From IMG/VR virus record IMGVR_UViG_3300012988_000001, positions 248,001 through 312,000 of that record: DNA of 64,000 nucleotides; one strand, 5' to 3'. A program made the translations under genes and the position numbers. The notes below the pieces were generated by a model that made no database searches, was not told the DNA's origin, and saw nothing but the letters and a program-made list of their open reading frames with translations. Positions 31,322-41,000 of this stretch are shown piece after piece; the stretch's first letter is position 1, and every line of letters starts with the position of its first letter.

Positions 31322-31733
31322 AATAAACACGGAACAGTTGTATAATAGCTGTACTGAACTCATTGACTGTGTATCAAATACGCGTCAGGGGTTTACAAAA
31401 ATTTATGAATCGTCAAATAGGGTAATGTTTGAAAATTCCAAAAAGATGGTAGTGCAACTTACTTCAACGGAGCTAGCTCTACGATATAAAAAAATATCAT
31501 TGTACTACAGGGATAATATAGTCCAATTTTGTACTAATGGTATTTCATACATGAACGATGTAGTATATATACCTATATTCCATGATTTTTCGTTCTATCG
31601 TATCAGTACTGAAGATGAATTATTTCAACTTAGTACCGTAATTGACATTAAGCACATTACCCTTTCTGATATACAGAAATTGAATAGGTTGAGGGAATAC
31701 TTCGACTATCTGCACCTAAAAAATAACATTTAA
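31308..31733 (+). CDS. Hypothetical protein, FQ-motif family
   Basis: STEDELFQLSTVID. Confidence 0.75.
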   Translation: MEKFKINTEQLYNSCTELIDCVSNTRQGFTKIYESSNRVMFENSKKMVVQLTSTELALRYKKISLYYRDNIVQFCTNGISYMNDVVYIPIFHDFSFYRISTEDELFQLSTVIDIKHITLSDIQKLNRLREYFDYLHLKNNI

Positions 31734-31743
31734 AGGGAAAATC

Positions 31744-32172
31744 ATGAAAATCAAAGAAGTAATTGAAGAATTCGCTACAGAAGATTTCTCCGAATGGGAG
31801 ATGGTACGAAACCGCAATAATCAAGCTCTATGGTTGCGTCGAAACAATAGTTGCCTTAAGGTGCACGTTCGCCGTGATTCCGATGATCAATACATTGTGA
31901 AATTATATCGTTTCCAAGATCTAGGTGATTTTAGTGGTATGAACTACCGAATTACTATTATTCCTGAAGGTATCGAGTTGTGTACATTGGAGATGAACAA
32001 AGACCAACCAGATGAGGTAATCACAATCAATGATTATCGTTCCCTAGAATCTGAAGATAGTTTCTTCCAGCAGTCTCTAGTACAGGATATGGGAGATCTA
32101 GAATGTTCTCATATTGAAACACTAATTTATTTGAACCACTTGGTAATTGAACGTACTAAAGGACACATCTAA
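31744..32172 (+). CDS. Hypothetical protein, FQ-motif family
   Basis: ESEDSFFQQSLVQD. Confidence 0.75.
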   Translation: MKIKEVIEEFATEDFSEWEMVRNRNNQALWLRRNNSCLKVHVRRDSDDQYIVKLYRFQDLGDFSGMNYRITIIPEGIELCTLEMNKDQPDEVITINDYRSLESEDSFFQQSLVQDMGDLECSHIETLIYLNHLVIERTKGHI

Positions 32173-32744
32173 TGAAAACCAATTCGATTCATGATGTGAT
32201 CAAGATGAAGCCCTGCTTCGCTAGTACCATCATGCGTAATATCACTTTCAAGAAGATGAAACGTACTTCACGTATGAAGTCCAAGCATTATTACCGTGGA
32301 CGGCAACATGATTCGTTACGTGTCATCTACGATTATGCTGAAAAGACGATCCAATTCATCCGGGAATTGAACTGTTCCTATGGTTTACGTCATGAGTCCT
32401 TGACATACCATTACAGTAAGGGTATAGTAGTCAAAGAATTTCATGAGCGTAGTTCTTATGAACCTAAATGGCGTAAAGTTGAATATCCCTTCATCATTGA
32501 CGAAGCAGAACATTTTACACAGAGTTTAATACTAGATCAGTACTTCCCAGAGTTGGAAGATTTTGTTAAAATGAAAGAAATGCTTGCTGAGTTCAAACAG
32601 GACTCGTATGATTGGGATAATGAGATGTACGCCAATAAATGCAAACGCCGTAAGGAGAGTGCTTTAAAATGGAAACAAAAAACAGGTCGCAGTTTGACAC
32701 AACATTGGGGTCGGAAATCAAAGGCAAAGCCTTCATCCTCTTAA
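32172..32744 (+). CDS. Hypothetical protein, FQ-motif family (variant)
   Basis: IDEAEHFTQSLILD. Confidence 0.7.
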   Translation: MKTNSIHDVIKMKPCFASTIMRNITFKKMKRTSRMKSKHYYRGRQHDSLRVIYDYAEKTIQFIRELNCSYGLRHESLTYHYSKGIVVKEFHERSSYEPKWRKVEYPFIIDEAEHFTQSLILDQYFPELEDFVKMKEMLAEFKQDSYDWDNEMYANKCKRRKESALKWKQKTGRSLTQHWGRKSKAKPSSS

Positions 32745-33079
32745 GGAAAGACCTTGAGATGCCTGAAGGTAAGCTAGCAGTACAGGTTGGTCATGCCATT
32801 GACCAAGTTTGGGCTTACGCACATTCTGGTAACTGTAGCAGTACTGAAGAATCTGATTTTCAAGAGTGGGTTAATCACGGTCGTCGTAAAATCCTCTTGC
32901 GTCTGAAGGACGAAAGTGATATGATTAAGGTCAAGTCAAAATTGGAAGCCGAAGGGGTTTCAGTCTTTGATGTTTACGACTTCGGGATCAACTTCTTCGA
33001 CGGCTTAACATATACGGGTCTGGTGGTATTCCCAACAGACAATGAAATCAAAGCATTAAAACGTGTGAGGGTTTACTAA
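32669..33079 (+). CDS. pth2: Peptidyl-tRNA hydrolase type 2 (Pth2)
   Basis: LLRKDLEMPEGKLAVQVGHA, W...G..KILL, V.D.G. Confidence 0.8.
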   Translation: METKNRSQFDTTLGSEIKGKAFILLRKDLEMPEGKLAVQVGHAIDQVWAYAHSGNCSSTEESDFQEWVNHGRRKILLRLKDESDMIKVKSKLEAEGVSVFDVYDFGINFFDGLTYTGLVVFPTDNEIKALKRVRVY

Positions 33080-33474
33080 TGTTATTACAACGTCATAACG
33101 GTTTGTTCTTAGGTATTCTTCTGGGTGTTTGGCTTGCTGGTAACTTTGTACATTGGGTTATCGATGTTGAAGCACCAAACCAAGAACTTGTAGAGAAAGC
33201 TCGCCGTGAAAATGAAGCTGCACAACCACCTAAGCCACCTGAGCCTAAACGCAACGATACTGGCTTGTATGCTGAAGTACTAGACATGTTACCTTCATGC
33301 CGTGGTAATGAAGAGAAGAGTACTGGCGACAAGTTCTATCTATGCCCTAATGGGTCTAAAATTACACAAATTAACTGGAGCCGTTTAGGTGGCGACCGTA
33401 AAGGGGTGGTAACTCGTTACTTTAACCCAGAAGGGCAATTAATCCTAATCTACGGTCATCCTGACGACGAATAA
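33079..33474 (+). CDS. Membrane-anchored hypothetical protein
   Basis: N-terminal TM. Confidence 0.65.
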   Translation: MLLQRHNGLFLGILLGVWLAGNFVHWVIDVEAPNQELVEKARRENEAAQPPKPPEPKRNDTGLYAEVLDMLPSCRGNEEKSTGDKFYLCPNGSKITQINWSRLGGDRKGVVTRYFNPEGQLILIYGHPDDE

Positions 33475-33483
33475 GGATTAACG

Positions 33484-33792
33484 ATGTTCACAGCAATACC
33501 ACATAAAGATAAAGAACAACCAATGTCTAAATTTGGTTTGGAAATTGTAACTGATCATGCACAAGTGATGGTAAAAACATCATCTGGACACAAAGTACTA
33601 GACCTCTATGTGCGTAATAGTAATGGTCAGCTTTATGCAAAGAATGGTCAGTACTTCATTTGTCTAATGCGTTCTGGTGTAACCAGTAATTCCAAGATTA
33701 CATGGGTTGAACTAGATGGAATAGATGAAGTATATGACAAATGTTACCTAACGTACTTTCAACCGATGGATGGCATGAATGAAAAAAATTAA
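33484..33792 (+). CDS. Hypothetical protein
   Basis: AGGA RBS. Confidence 0.65.
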   Translation: MFTAIPHKDKEQPMSKFGLEIVTDHAQVMVKTSSGHKVLDLYVRNSNGQLYAKNGQYFICLMRSGVTSNSKITWVELDGIDEVYDKCYLTYFQPMDGMNEKN

Positions 33793-33967
33793 TAGCACCA
33801 CTGAATATGAAATCAATGTGGCAGATCTCGAACAGTTAATTCGTGAAAAACACTTGACTGATTTACCAGAAAACGCTAAGATCTCTATCACCCCGCAATA
33901 CCAGAGCTACTATGATGAGCAGGTATGGCGTGGAATGAAAATTACGGTAGAGATCAAGGGAGAATAA
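33779..33967 (+). CDS. Hypothetical protein
   Basis: Coupled ORF. Confidence 0.55.
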   Translation: MKKINSTTEYEINVADLEQLIREKHLTDLPENAKISITPQYQSYYDEQVWRGMKITVEIKGE

Positions 33968-33968
33968 A

Positions 33969-34226
33969 GTGGCTAATGTTGTTAAAGCACGTAAAATGAT
34001 TAGTGGTGACGATCTTCGTTATTTGAATAACTATCGCCACCTCTTTCAGAAACTATGTGCTGGTGTACACATGACTGTGATTACTGACACTGTTCAGGAA
34101 CCAGAAGATGTGTTTGGAAATTATGCTAAAGTTTTCAAGCTGTATATGAAAAAAGGGCTATTGGATCTTAAAACCATCACTGAAGTTGATGATGACGAAG
34201 AGATGGAAAACTTTTTATTCTTGTAA
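33969..34226 (+). CDS. Hypothetical protein
   Basis: GGAG RBS; GTG start. Confidence 0.6.
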   Translation: MANVVKARKMISGDDLRYLNNYRHLFQKLCAGVHMTVITDTVQEPEDVFGNYAKVFKLYMKKGLLDLKTITEVDDDEEMENFLFL

Positions 34227-34293
34227 GGGGGATTTATGTCTGAACCACTAGATCGTGATGATGATTTCCTAGATGAGCGTTATGGTGATAGCG

Positions 34294-34788
34294 ATGACTA
34301 AACTCAAATTAGTTACGTTAGCCGAACTCGTGAAACTCATGAATGAGTTCTTCGACACTAACCCGGAGTTTCACAAGACTCCATCATGTGAAGTCAACCT
34401 GAAGGTGTCAAACCCTGATTTTGACCGTGATAATGGTGGTTATGATGACCTGATCACTATTTTTGCATGTGAGCGTTATATTCGTTTCAAATTGCGTGAT
34501 AGTAAGAACTTAATCGAGTATGATCTATCTTGTCTACCGTGGCGTGGCGGGTTTAACCTCAATATCTGGTACGATGGTAAAACAAGCCACATTGACCGTA
34601 GTTCTCATCAAGCGATTAAAGCTCAGTACTTAAGTACTGAAGAAGAATATTTCCAAGCGAGTACGGTTTTAGATTATCGTGGTGTAACGTTGGAAACGAT
34701 CAAAGAGATTGCCAAATTACAAGATCGCATGTATAATTACTTCGGTCTTGTACCTGTGCCTTATGAAACGGATGGAGGTTTTGTATGA
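34294..34788 (+). CDS. Hypothetical protein, FQ-motif family
   Basis: STEEEYFQASTVLD. Confidence 0.75.
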   Translation: MTKLKLVTLAELVKLMNEFFDTNPEFHKTPSCEVNLKVSNPDFDRDNGGYDDLITIFACERYIRFKLRDSKNLIEYDLSCLPWRGGFNLNIWYDGKTSHIDRSSHQAIKAQYLSTEEEYFQASTVLDYRGVTLETIKEIAKLQDRMYNYFGLVPVPYETDGGFV

Positions 34789-35159
34789 AACAAGAAACAT
34801 TAGACAAAATTCTGGAAGCGATCAAAGCTACTCCACCAGATGAACTGTACAAACAATTGTTTGGTTTCTATGAGAAGGATTACATTGCTTATCTTGATGA
34901 CAAGCAGTATGAATTCGAAGCACAGTACATCATTGATGCCATGACCAAATCTGACATTACAGAAGTGAACGTGTACGAGGGTGAGATTCAGCCTCCTTCT
35001 AAGATGTTCTTCCATTACTTGCATAACAATGCCACACAAGGCACTGATGGCGAGTTCTGGGATGGTTGGGGAGCCTCTACGCTTGATGTACCAAACTTCC
35101 CATTGCGTTATTTGTGGGTGAACGGTCAAGGCACTGAACACTTCTTCCAGTTGGTGTAG
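34785..35159 (+). CDS. Hypothetical protein
   Basis: GGAGG RBS. Confidence 0.7.
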   Translation: MKQETLDKILEAIKATPPDELYKQLFGFYEKDYIAYLDDKQYEFEAQYIIDAMTKSDITEVNVYEGEIQPPSKMFFHYLHNNATQGTDGEFWDGWGASTLDVPNFPLRYLWVNGQGTEHFFQLV

Positions 35160-35161
35160 AT

Positions 35162-35596
35162 ATGACTAACCCAATTTTTCGTAAGGTGTATGATGGTAAT
35201 TTAACGGCAGAGGATTTGAAAATGCTTAACAGTACTGAAAAGTTTGTAGAATTCCATGACGCTCATTATCATACTTATGTTTCTTATAACATTAATAAGA
35301 TAACGGGCGGTAAGAGTCTTTATCAGATTAAAAAGGATCATATTGATCAGCAGCACAAAATTGAACGTGAATGGTATCAAGCATATCCACAGATTGGAGA
35401 ACGGGTTGTTTTCCGTAGTGTAGATGCACAAGATAATATTCATGATGGGTTTGGGATTGTTGAGAAGGTTCACGCTCACGATTTCCGTACTGGGTATGCT
35501 TTGTATACCGTGAAATTAGAGGAAGGTGATGATACATATCAATTGTATTGTAACCGTCCGGGACAAGAAGATAAGGAATGGATTAGGCGTGCTTAA
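35162..35596 (+). CDS. Hypothetical protein
   Basis: ORF in a dense run. Confidence 0.65.
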   Translation: MTNPIFRKVYDGNLTAEDLKMLNSTEKFVEFHDAHYHTYVSYNINKITGGKSLYQIKKDHIDQQHKIEREWYQAYPQIGERVVFRSVDAQDNIHDGFGIVEKVHAHDFRTGYALYTVKLEEGDDTYQLYCNRPGQEDKEWIRRA

Positions 35597-35763
35597 ACCA
35601 AATGTATTTTACGCAGGGCATAATACCCTAACCAATGAAGTATTCACTGAATCTATGTATCGCCATCGTATTGATACATATGATTATATGGTAATGTCCT
35701 TTGGTGAAGATTGGGAAGAATCCCGTCCATATCTTACAATTAAACTATGTGAGGTAGTGTTCG

Positions 35764-36102
35764 TTGGAACAGAAAATCAAAGTGAAGGGAACGGTAACTG
35801 AAGTTAAGGTTGTCGAAGTTGAATTGTATCCTGATGAATTAGTTAAAAAGGCTATGCCACATTTAACAGTCGATGATACAATTCAAGCTATCAAGAATCA
35901 TATGGAACGTAGGTTTCGTGAAAACGATCCTGACCTTCCCAGTGGTGCAGAAATCAACTGGTATAGAAAGGTATGGGAGAAATACTCCTTTACTGATTAC
36001 CACAAAAATGCTGACGTGTATGAGGATATTCGTAAATTCAATTCTGAAGAGTTACAATACATTCTAGCAATTGAATCTATCTATCATGTACTAAACAACT
36101 AA
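35764..36102 (+). CDS. Hypothetical protein
   Basis: TTG start after GAGG. Confidence 0.6.
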   Translation: MEQKIKVKGTVTEVKVVEVELYPDELVKKAMPHLTVDDTIQAIKNHMERRFRENDPDLPSGAEINWYRKVWEKYSFTDYHKNADVYEDIRKFNSEELQYILAIESIYHVLNN

Positions 36103-36134
36103 TGCCGCTCTGCGGCATTTTTCGTAGGAAAATT

Positions 36135-36605
36135 ATGAAAACTAAACCACTTACGCAGATGAAAAAATTCTACGCAGTAAAAGATGAAGTAGTGGATAGA
36201 ATGATTGAGATTCGTAGCCGCCCTCTTTCACCGGAAACAAGATATACATACATTAGACCACACAAATCAAGTTTAATCTATTTTGGATGCCCCGGACTTA
36301 TTGAAGAAATGTCATTTTGCATTGAAATGGAATATAACGGTGTTCTAATGATATTCTTCTATGATCCTATTTCAGACGATAGGGTTGAGTATACTTTTGC
36401 ATTCAATTGGTCTGAAGACGAAATTGAAGATGGGACTGACGAATTCTTTATTGATGTGGACATTGATGATGCGGGTCTATTCCAAGAGAGTACCATAAAC
36501 GATATTCAATTCTTAACAGTAGAACTACACCAAGCATTGGTTAAGTACTGTCTAGATGTGCGAGAAGCACTAAGGATTAAACTTGAACATGATGAAAGCG
36601 TTTGA
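36135..36605 (+). CDS. Hypothetical protein, FQ-motif family
   Basis: IDDAGLFQESTIND. Confidence 0.72.
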   Translation: MKTKPLTQMKKFYAVKDEVVDRMIEIRSRPLSPETRYTYIRPHKSSLIYFGCPGLIEEMSFCIEMEYNGVLMIFFYDPISDDRVEYTFAFNWSEDEIEDGTDEFFIDVDIDDAGLFQESTINDIQFLTVELHQALVKYCLDVREALRIKLEHDESV

Positions 36606-36969
36606 AGAGATTAGAATTCTCTTGAAACAAGATGTGTATGACAAAGTAACCCCAGACCGCCACGCTGAATTTATTGCTGATTATCCGATAACAGATCACA
36701 TTGATGCTATGTGTACAAAAGATGTTGTTGAGTACTCATGGCATGAGAGGAATGGTTCATATGCATACTTGAATGTAATGATATTTCGTGATGGTAGAAT
36801 TTGGGTGCTATATAATCCAGAAGGGAAGATTGGTGCTGGTATTCACCTGAAGTTTAAAATTCACAGTACTGAAGAAGATTTATTCATGCTCAGTACTGTA
36901 CAAGATGATTTGGGACTTGGCTTAGAACAGCTTAAAGTCTGTAACTGGATATGGGAGATGTATTTTTGA
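36589..36969 (+). CDS. Hypothetical protein, FQ-motif family
   Basis: STEEDLFMLSTVQD. Confidence 0.72.
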   Translation: MMKAFEEIRILLKQDVYDKVTPDRHAEFIADYPITDHIDAMCTKDVVEYSWHERNGSYAYLNVMIFRDGRIWVLYNPEGKIGAGIHLKFKIHSTEEDLFMLSTVQDDLGLGLEQLKVCNWIWEMYF

Positions 36970-37574
36970 ATTTATTATCTGATAAGATTGCAATGACTTA
37001 TGGTAGTTTAAATGATGAACCACGTTTTGATGCAGGATGGAATAGATACACTACAGTAAATGATTTTGCTTTCATTGACGACGACCAAGTTTTGTGTATT
37101 AATATCGCACCTAATCTTTACATTAATTATAAAGATATTGTGTTCATTGATCCCGAAACTGGGGAAGATCTTGAAGTACTACCATATATGGATATGTCTG
37201 AAGAGGAATTCTTTCAGTACACAACTGTATATGATTTTGGTGCATGTGACTTTGATGATATTACATTCACCAAGAAACATATTTGTGCACTACAGGGCTT
37301 AACTGGTAATTTTCAGAAAAAAGTTAACGAACACATGAATAGATGGCAATCTGAATTACAAGCCACTCTATCACGAGAAATTAGTCATGAAATTGACAAA
37401 GAACTAATGCAAAATCTATCCAATCTAAGTTGGAGTGCTAAAGAAGTTGCACTACCAATTCCACCAACACCAACCAAGATAGCTTCCATGCCACTGCTAG
37501 CAGATGCATTGAAGATTCAAATGATTGGTGATAGTTGTGTATCATTTAAAGCTATGAATCAGGGGAATCCATGA
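36951..37574 (+). CDS. Hypothetical protein, FQ-motif family with C-terminal extension
   Basis: MSEEEFFQYTTVYD. Confidence 0.7.
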   Translation: MGDVFLNLLSDKIAMTYGSLNDEPRFDAGWNRYTTVNDFAFIDDDQVLCINIAPNLYINYKDIVFIDPETGEDLEVLPYMDMSEEEFFQYTTVYDFGACDFDDITFTKKHICALQGLTGNFQKKVNEHMNRWQSELQATLSREISHEIDKELMQNLSNLSWSAKEVALPIPPTPTKIASMPLLADALKIQMIGDSCVSFKAMNQGNP

Positions 37575-38005
37575 GTAACAAATATGATTTGAAAATGCTT
37601 AAACGTGGTATGATGGAGTTTAAAAACATCATTGGTGCGTACCAGTACTTAATGGATGTTGGGGCTATCTCTGAAGTTGATTTGTACAACGAATACTGCA
37701 CTAAAGATGATGCAGGTAATCCACAAGATTTCTCCGCTACTATCGGTTCTGAACACATTGAGATAACCTTTATGGATAGTATGCTATCCGTAATGCATAA
37801 TCGCCTTGTGTATGAAATTGCTAACGATGATGGGTACTTGTTAGTACTGGATATTAAAAACCCAAATGAAATAAACAACGATGAATCTTTCTTCCAAGCA
37901 AGTACGTTATATGACCTAACAGATATAGAAGGTTATGAGTGGTTTACCACAATTATGGATTGTTTTGCTTCGGTAATGGATTTCATGGAGAGTGATGATG
38001 TATAG
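37571..38005 (+). CDS. Hypothetical protein, FQ-motif family
   Basis: NNDESFFQASTLYD. Confidence 0.75.
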   Translation: MSNKYDLKMLKRGMMEFKNIIGAYQYLMDVGAISEVDLYNEYCTKDDAGNPQDFSATIGSEHIEITFMDSMLSVMHNRLVYEIANDDGYLLVLDIKNPNEINNDESFFQASTLYDLTDIEGYEWFTTIMDCFASVMDFMESDDV

Positions 38006-38390
38006 AATTGAAATTGAATATAGTACTGGTAACACCTTCGGTACTCATATTGAAACAACTGTTATTGATGATGTAGTATTCGCAGATCTAGAGAGTGCTA
38101 AACAAGCTCTAAAGATTATTGCTAAACACAAAGAAATGTGTGAAGCAGCAAACGTCGTTTGGCGTACAACTGACGCTGAACGTAAAGCAAAACTAGCTGA
38201 AATTGCTGCACAACCGTGGGCGGTAAAATCCGAATTCAGCAGTGATTATGAGTACCAAGTAAAAGTCCCTACCTCTAAGGATTGTCAAGAGTGGGAGAAC
38301 ATTTACTGCTTCTGGATGGGGTACTTTGAAACCCTACACGAAGCCCGTATCGTGTCCGACGAAGATGATGGAATGTCGATCTCTTTCTGA
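37995..38390 (+). CDS. Hypothetical protein
   Basis: GGAG RBS; YSTGNTF...FWMGYFE. Confidence 0.7.
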   Translation: MMYRIEIEYSTGNTFGTHIETTVIDDVVFADLESAKQALKIIAKHKEMCEAANVVWRTTDAERKAKLAEIAAQPWAVKSEFSSDYEYQVKVPTSKDCQEWENIYCFWMGYFETLHEARIVSDEDDGMSISF

Positions 38391-38419
38391 TTGACAGGTA
38401 CAATTTGATTTAGTATAAT
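38391..38419 (+). promoter_or_regulatory. Sigma70 promoter
   Basis: TTGACA-17-TATAAT. Confidence 0.75.
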
Positions 38420-38458
38420 GGCCTCCTTAATTGGGGGCTTTTTCATTTGGAGGAAATC

Positions 38459-38899
38459 ATGGGAAACACAGTCCTGACTTTGTTGCGTAAAATTAAACAT
38501 CCTGTTATCCAACGTCGCGTCCATTCGGAGAACGAGAGTCGTTATTATAATCATTGGACAAGTAGTGCTGGTGGTTTTGCAGTACTCCGCACAAACACGC
38601 ACTATGAAATTGCTCTTGAGTTTAAACACAACCAAGAGAACTATCGTATTAAGTTATACCGTGATTCATTTTCTATGGTGCGTAAGCGTGTTGCAAAATT
38701 CTACGCCCACACTGGTTATCACATGCAGAAACCAGAAATAGTTGCAGAACTCGAAAACATAGCGTATAATGATTTTGAAGCAACAATATTCCAACACTCA
38801 CTACTTGGTGAACTGGGAATGTTCGGAACACAAGAGGCAGAAATGCTATTACAACTACGTAACATCTATTTTGGAGAATGCGATGAATCCACGTCCTAA
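38459..38899 (+). CDS. Hypothetical protein, FQ-motif family
   Basis: DFEATIFQHSLLGE; GGAGG RBS. Confidence 0.7.
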   Translation: MGNTVLTLLRKIKHPVIQRRVHSENESRYYNHWTSSAGGFAVLRTNTHYEIALEFKHNQENYRIKLYRDSFSMVRKRVAKFYAHTGYHMQKPEIVAELENIAYNDFEATIFQHSLLGELGMFGTQEAEMLLQLRNIYFGECDESTS

Positions 38900-38998
38900 T
38901 AGTGGTACTAAAATGAGTCCTGAGCAGAAAGCACGTTTGCTGGCTATGATCAACAAAGACAGTAACGTATTATTCGTAGATTTTAAGAAGGGAAAATA

Positions 38999-39763
38999 AT
39001 GAAACAGTTTGCAATCTTCCATAAACCGAACATGACACCAATCTCATTCTTCTGTACTAAAGAAGCTGGTATGGAACGTTTATTGTTCATTACAGATTGT
39101 AACGTATTCGGCCTATTTGAAGTTGATGTAACTATTATTGGTAATATTGATGCTATGTACGATGCTTCTCAGCATACGATGGCAACGGTCTGTACTATCA
39201 ATAATTGTGTACTGTCAGTACACCCAACTCGAAAAACTGCGTTCCAACATACGCAAGCTATTTGCCAAGGTCTGATTAGTGTATGTGCAATCGAATACAC
39301 TACGGGTAAAGAAATCAAACGTCCTAAGAAGGAGACAGAAGATGATCTTAACGATTTTTCTTAGTGGTATGGTTGTAAGTATTCTTCTGGATTGGTTCTA
39401 TCTACATTGTGTTAAGAGTGGTGTAGAGATTGAATCTTATCCTAAGCAGTACTTGAAGTACACCAAGTATCAGCTATTCCGTTCATGGGTTTTATGGGCG
39501 ACGATGTGGCCTGTAGTACTGTCTATGGTTATTGCCACGAACGTGGCTAAGTGGGTGAAATCATGAAAGCCGTATCTGTAATAAATTCACCGGGTGGTAT
39601 ATCTCGCTGTGATGAAGAAACTCGCATTGTTGGATTTCGTGTAGAAGTATCTGAAATACAAAATACTAAAGGTGAACATCAGGTGACCAATCCTGATATC
39701 ATTGAAGATATTGCTATTCAGTACTTGAAGGACAAAGGCTATACTGTAGAAAAGATTGATTAA
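38999..39763 (+). other. Run of three small coupled hypothetical genes (38999-39364, about 39342-39566 membrane protein, about 39563-39763)
   Basis: Overlapping start/stop codons with RBSs. Confidence 0.55.
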
Positions 39764-39768
39764 AAGTA

Positions 39769-39797
39769 TTGACATGGGGAGGAAACTCCCCTATAAT
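39769..39797 (+). promoter_or_regulatory. Sigma70 promoter
   Basis: TTGACA-17-TATAAT with GGGGAG/CTCCCC inverted repeat in the spacer. Confidence 0.75.
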
Positions 39798-40015
39798 ACA
39801 CACATCAACAAAGAAGAGGAAAATGAAATGTCTGAAGTCGCTCCTACTCATCTGTATGTTATTAAGTTTAAAAAGAATGGTATTCCAAAGGAATATCAAA
39901 TCCCAGCAACTACGGAATTCAATGCGATAGTACGTTTAGGTCAAATCCACGGTGATGACCGTAACTACCGTGAAGATCTGAAAATTGAAATCATCTCCAT
40001 TACAAAGGTGCGTTA

Positions 40016-40348
40016 ATGAATCCACACAATCTGGTTTATACTGATCCAGCACTGCGTACTGCTATTAGCATGGCAACTACTCCAAGTATTGTCGAACCAA
40101 AACCACATCATCATGCACGTTTCACTAATGATGAAGTCATTACAATGAAACTGTATTACCACTGGGATCATAAAACTTACCGTGAACTTGCTGAAATGTT
40201 TGACACGGATTACAATATGGTATATAATATCATCAACAAGAAAAAGTACAAAAACGTTCCTCTGAACTTCATGACGAAGATTCCAGAAGATTTCCATATC
40301 CAGACGAATAACAAGTATCGTTCATTCAAAGTAAAGGGGCACAAATAA
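40016..40348 (+). CDS. Helix-turn-helix DNA-binding protein
   Basis: TYRELAEMFDTDYNMVYNIIN. Confidence 0.65.
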   Translation: MNPHNLVYTDPALRTAISMATTPSIVEPKPHHHARFTNDEVITMKLYYHWDHKTYRELAEMFDTDYNMVYNIINKKKYKNVPLNFMTKIPEDFHIQTNNKYRSFKVKGHK

Positions 40349-40500
40349 TGAAAAAGATCAATAACGCATTTTTGACTAAAGAAGAAATCGAAGAAATCCT
40401 AAACGCACTGAATCTTGCTATCAGTGAATCTATGGAAATCGATGAGGTTACTAACCTCGAATTGCAGGGTAAATTATCAGCCCTTCTCGAAGAATAAGTG

Positions 40501-40529
40501 TTGACAGGGGATGAACAATCCCCTATAAT
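40501..40529 (+). promoter_or_regulatory. Sigma70 promoter
   Basis: TTGACA-17-TATAAT with GGGGAT/ATCCCC inverted repeat in the spacer. Confidence 0.75.
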
Positions 40530-40568
40530 AGTCTCATCAACTGATGATTAACTGATTAAGGAAACACA

Positions 40569-41000
40569 ATGAAAACTACTATTCAAATGCGTCGTGCGAA
40601 ACATATGATCGCTATCTGGCTGAAGCCGGGTGATGAGGAATCCCTTGCTGATGCTCTGGATACCGCTCGTCGTTGCTGGAACCGTTCTTCACAGCGTACT
40701 CTGCGTGTATGGGCTAAGACCCTGTTCCGCAATCCAGAACGTTATGAGTTCACTGGTATGGCTCACAAAGAATTAGTTCTGGAAGACCATTTCAATGACG
40801 AAGAACTCATGCAAGTTGATGAAGCAATTCGCAGCCGTACTTTAGTAGTGGATTATGATTATGTAGTCCGTAGCATTATCCAGCACAAGTGGGTATACCG
40901 TTTGAGTACTGAAGAAGCTATCGATTGCGGCATTAAAGCATTCTATGGCGAAGGTCTGAAACATCGTCCAGCTAAACCGGTACTGAAGCCATGCAAATAG
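40569..41000 (+). CDS. Hypothetical early protein
   Basis: AGGA RBS; CTG-rich Leu codons. Confidence 0.7.
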   Translation: MKTTIQMRRAKHMIAIWLKPGDEESLADALDTARRCWNRSSQRTLRVWAKTLFRNPERYEFTGMAHKELVLEDHFNDEELMQVDEAIRSRTLVVDYDYVVRSIIQHKWVYRLSTEEAIDCGIKAFYGEGLKHRPAKPVLKPCK

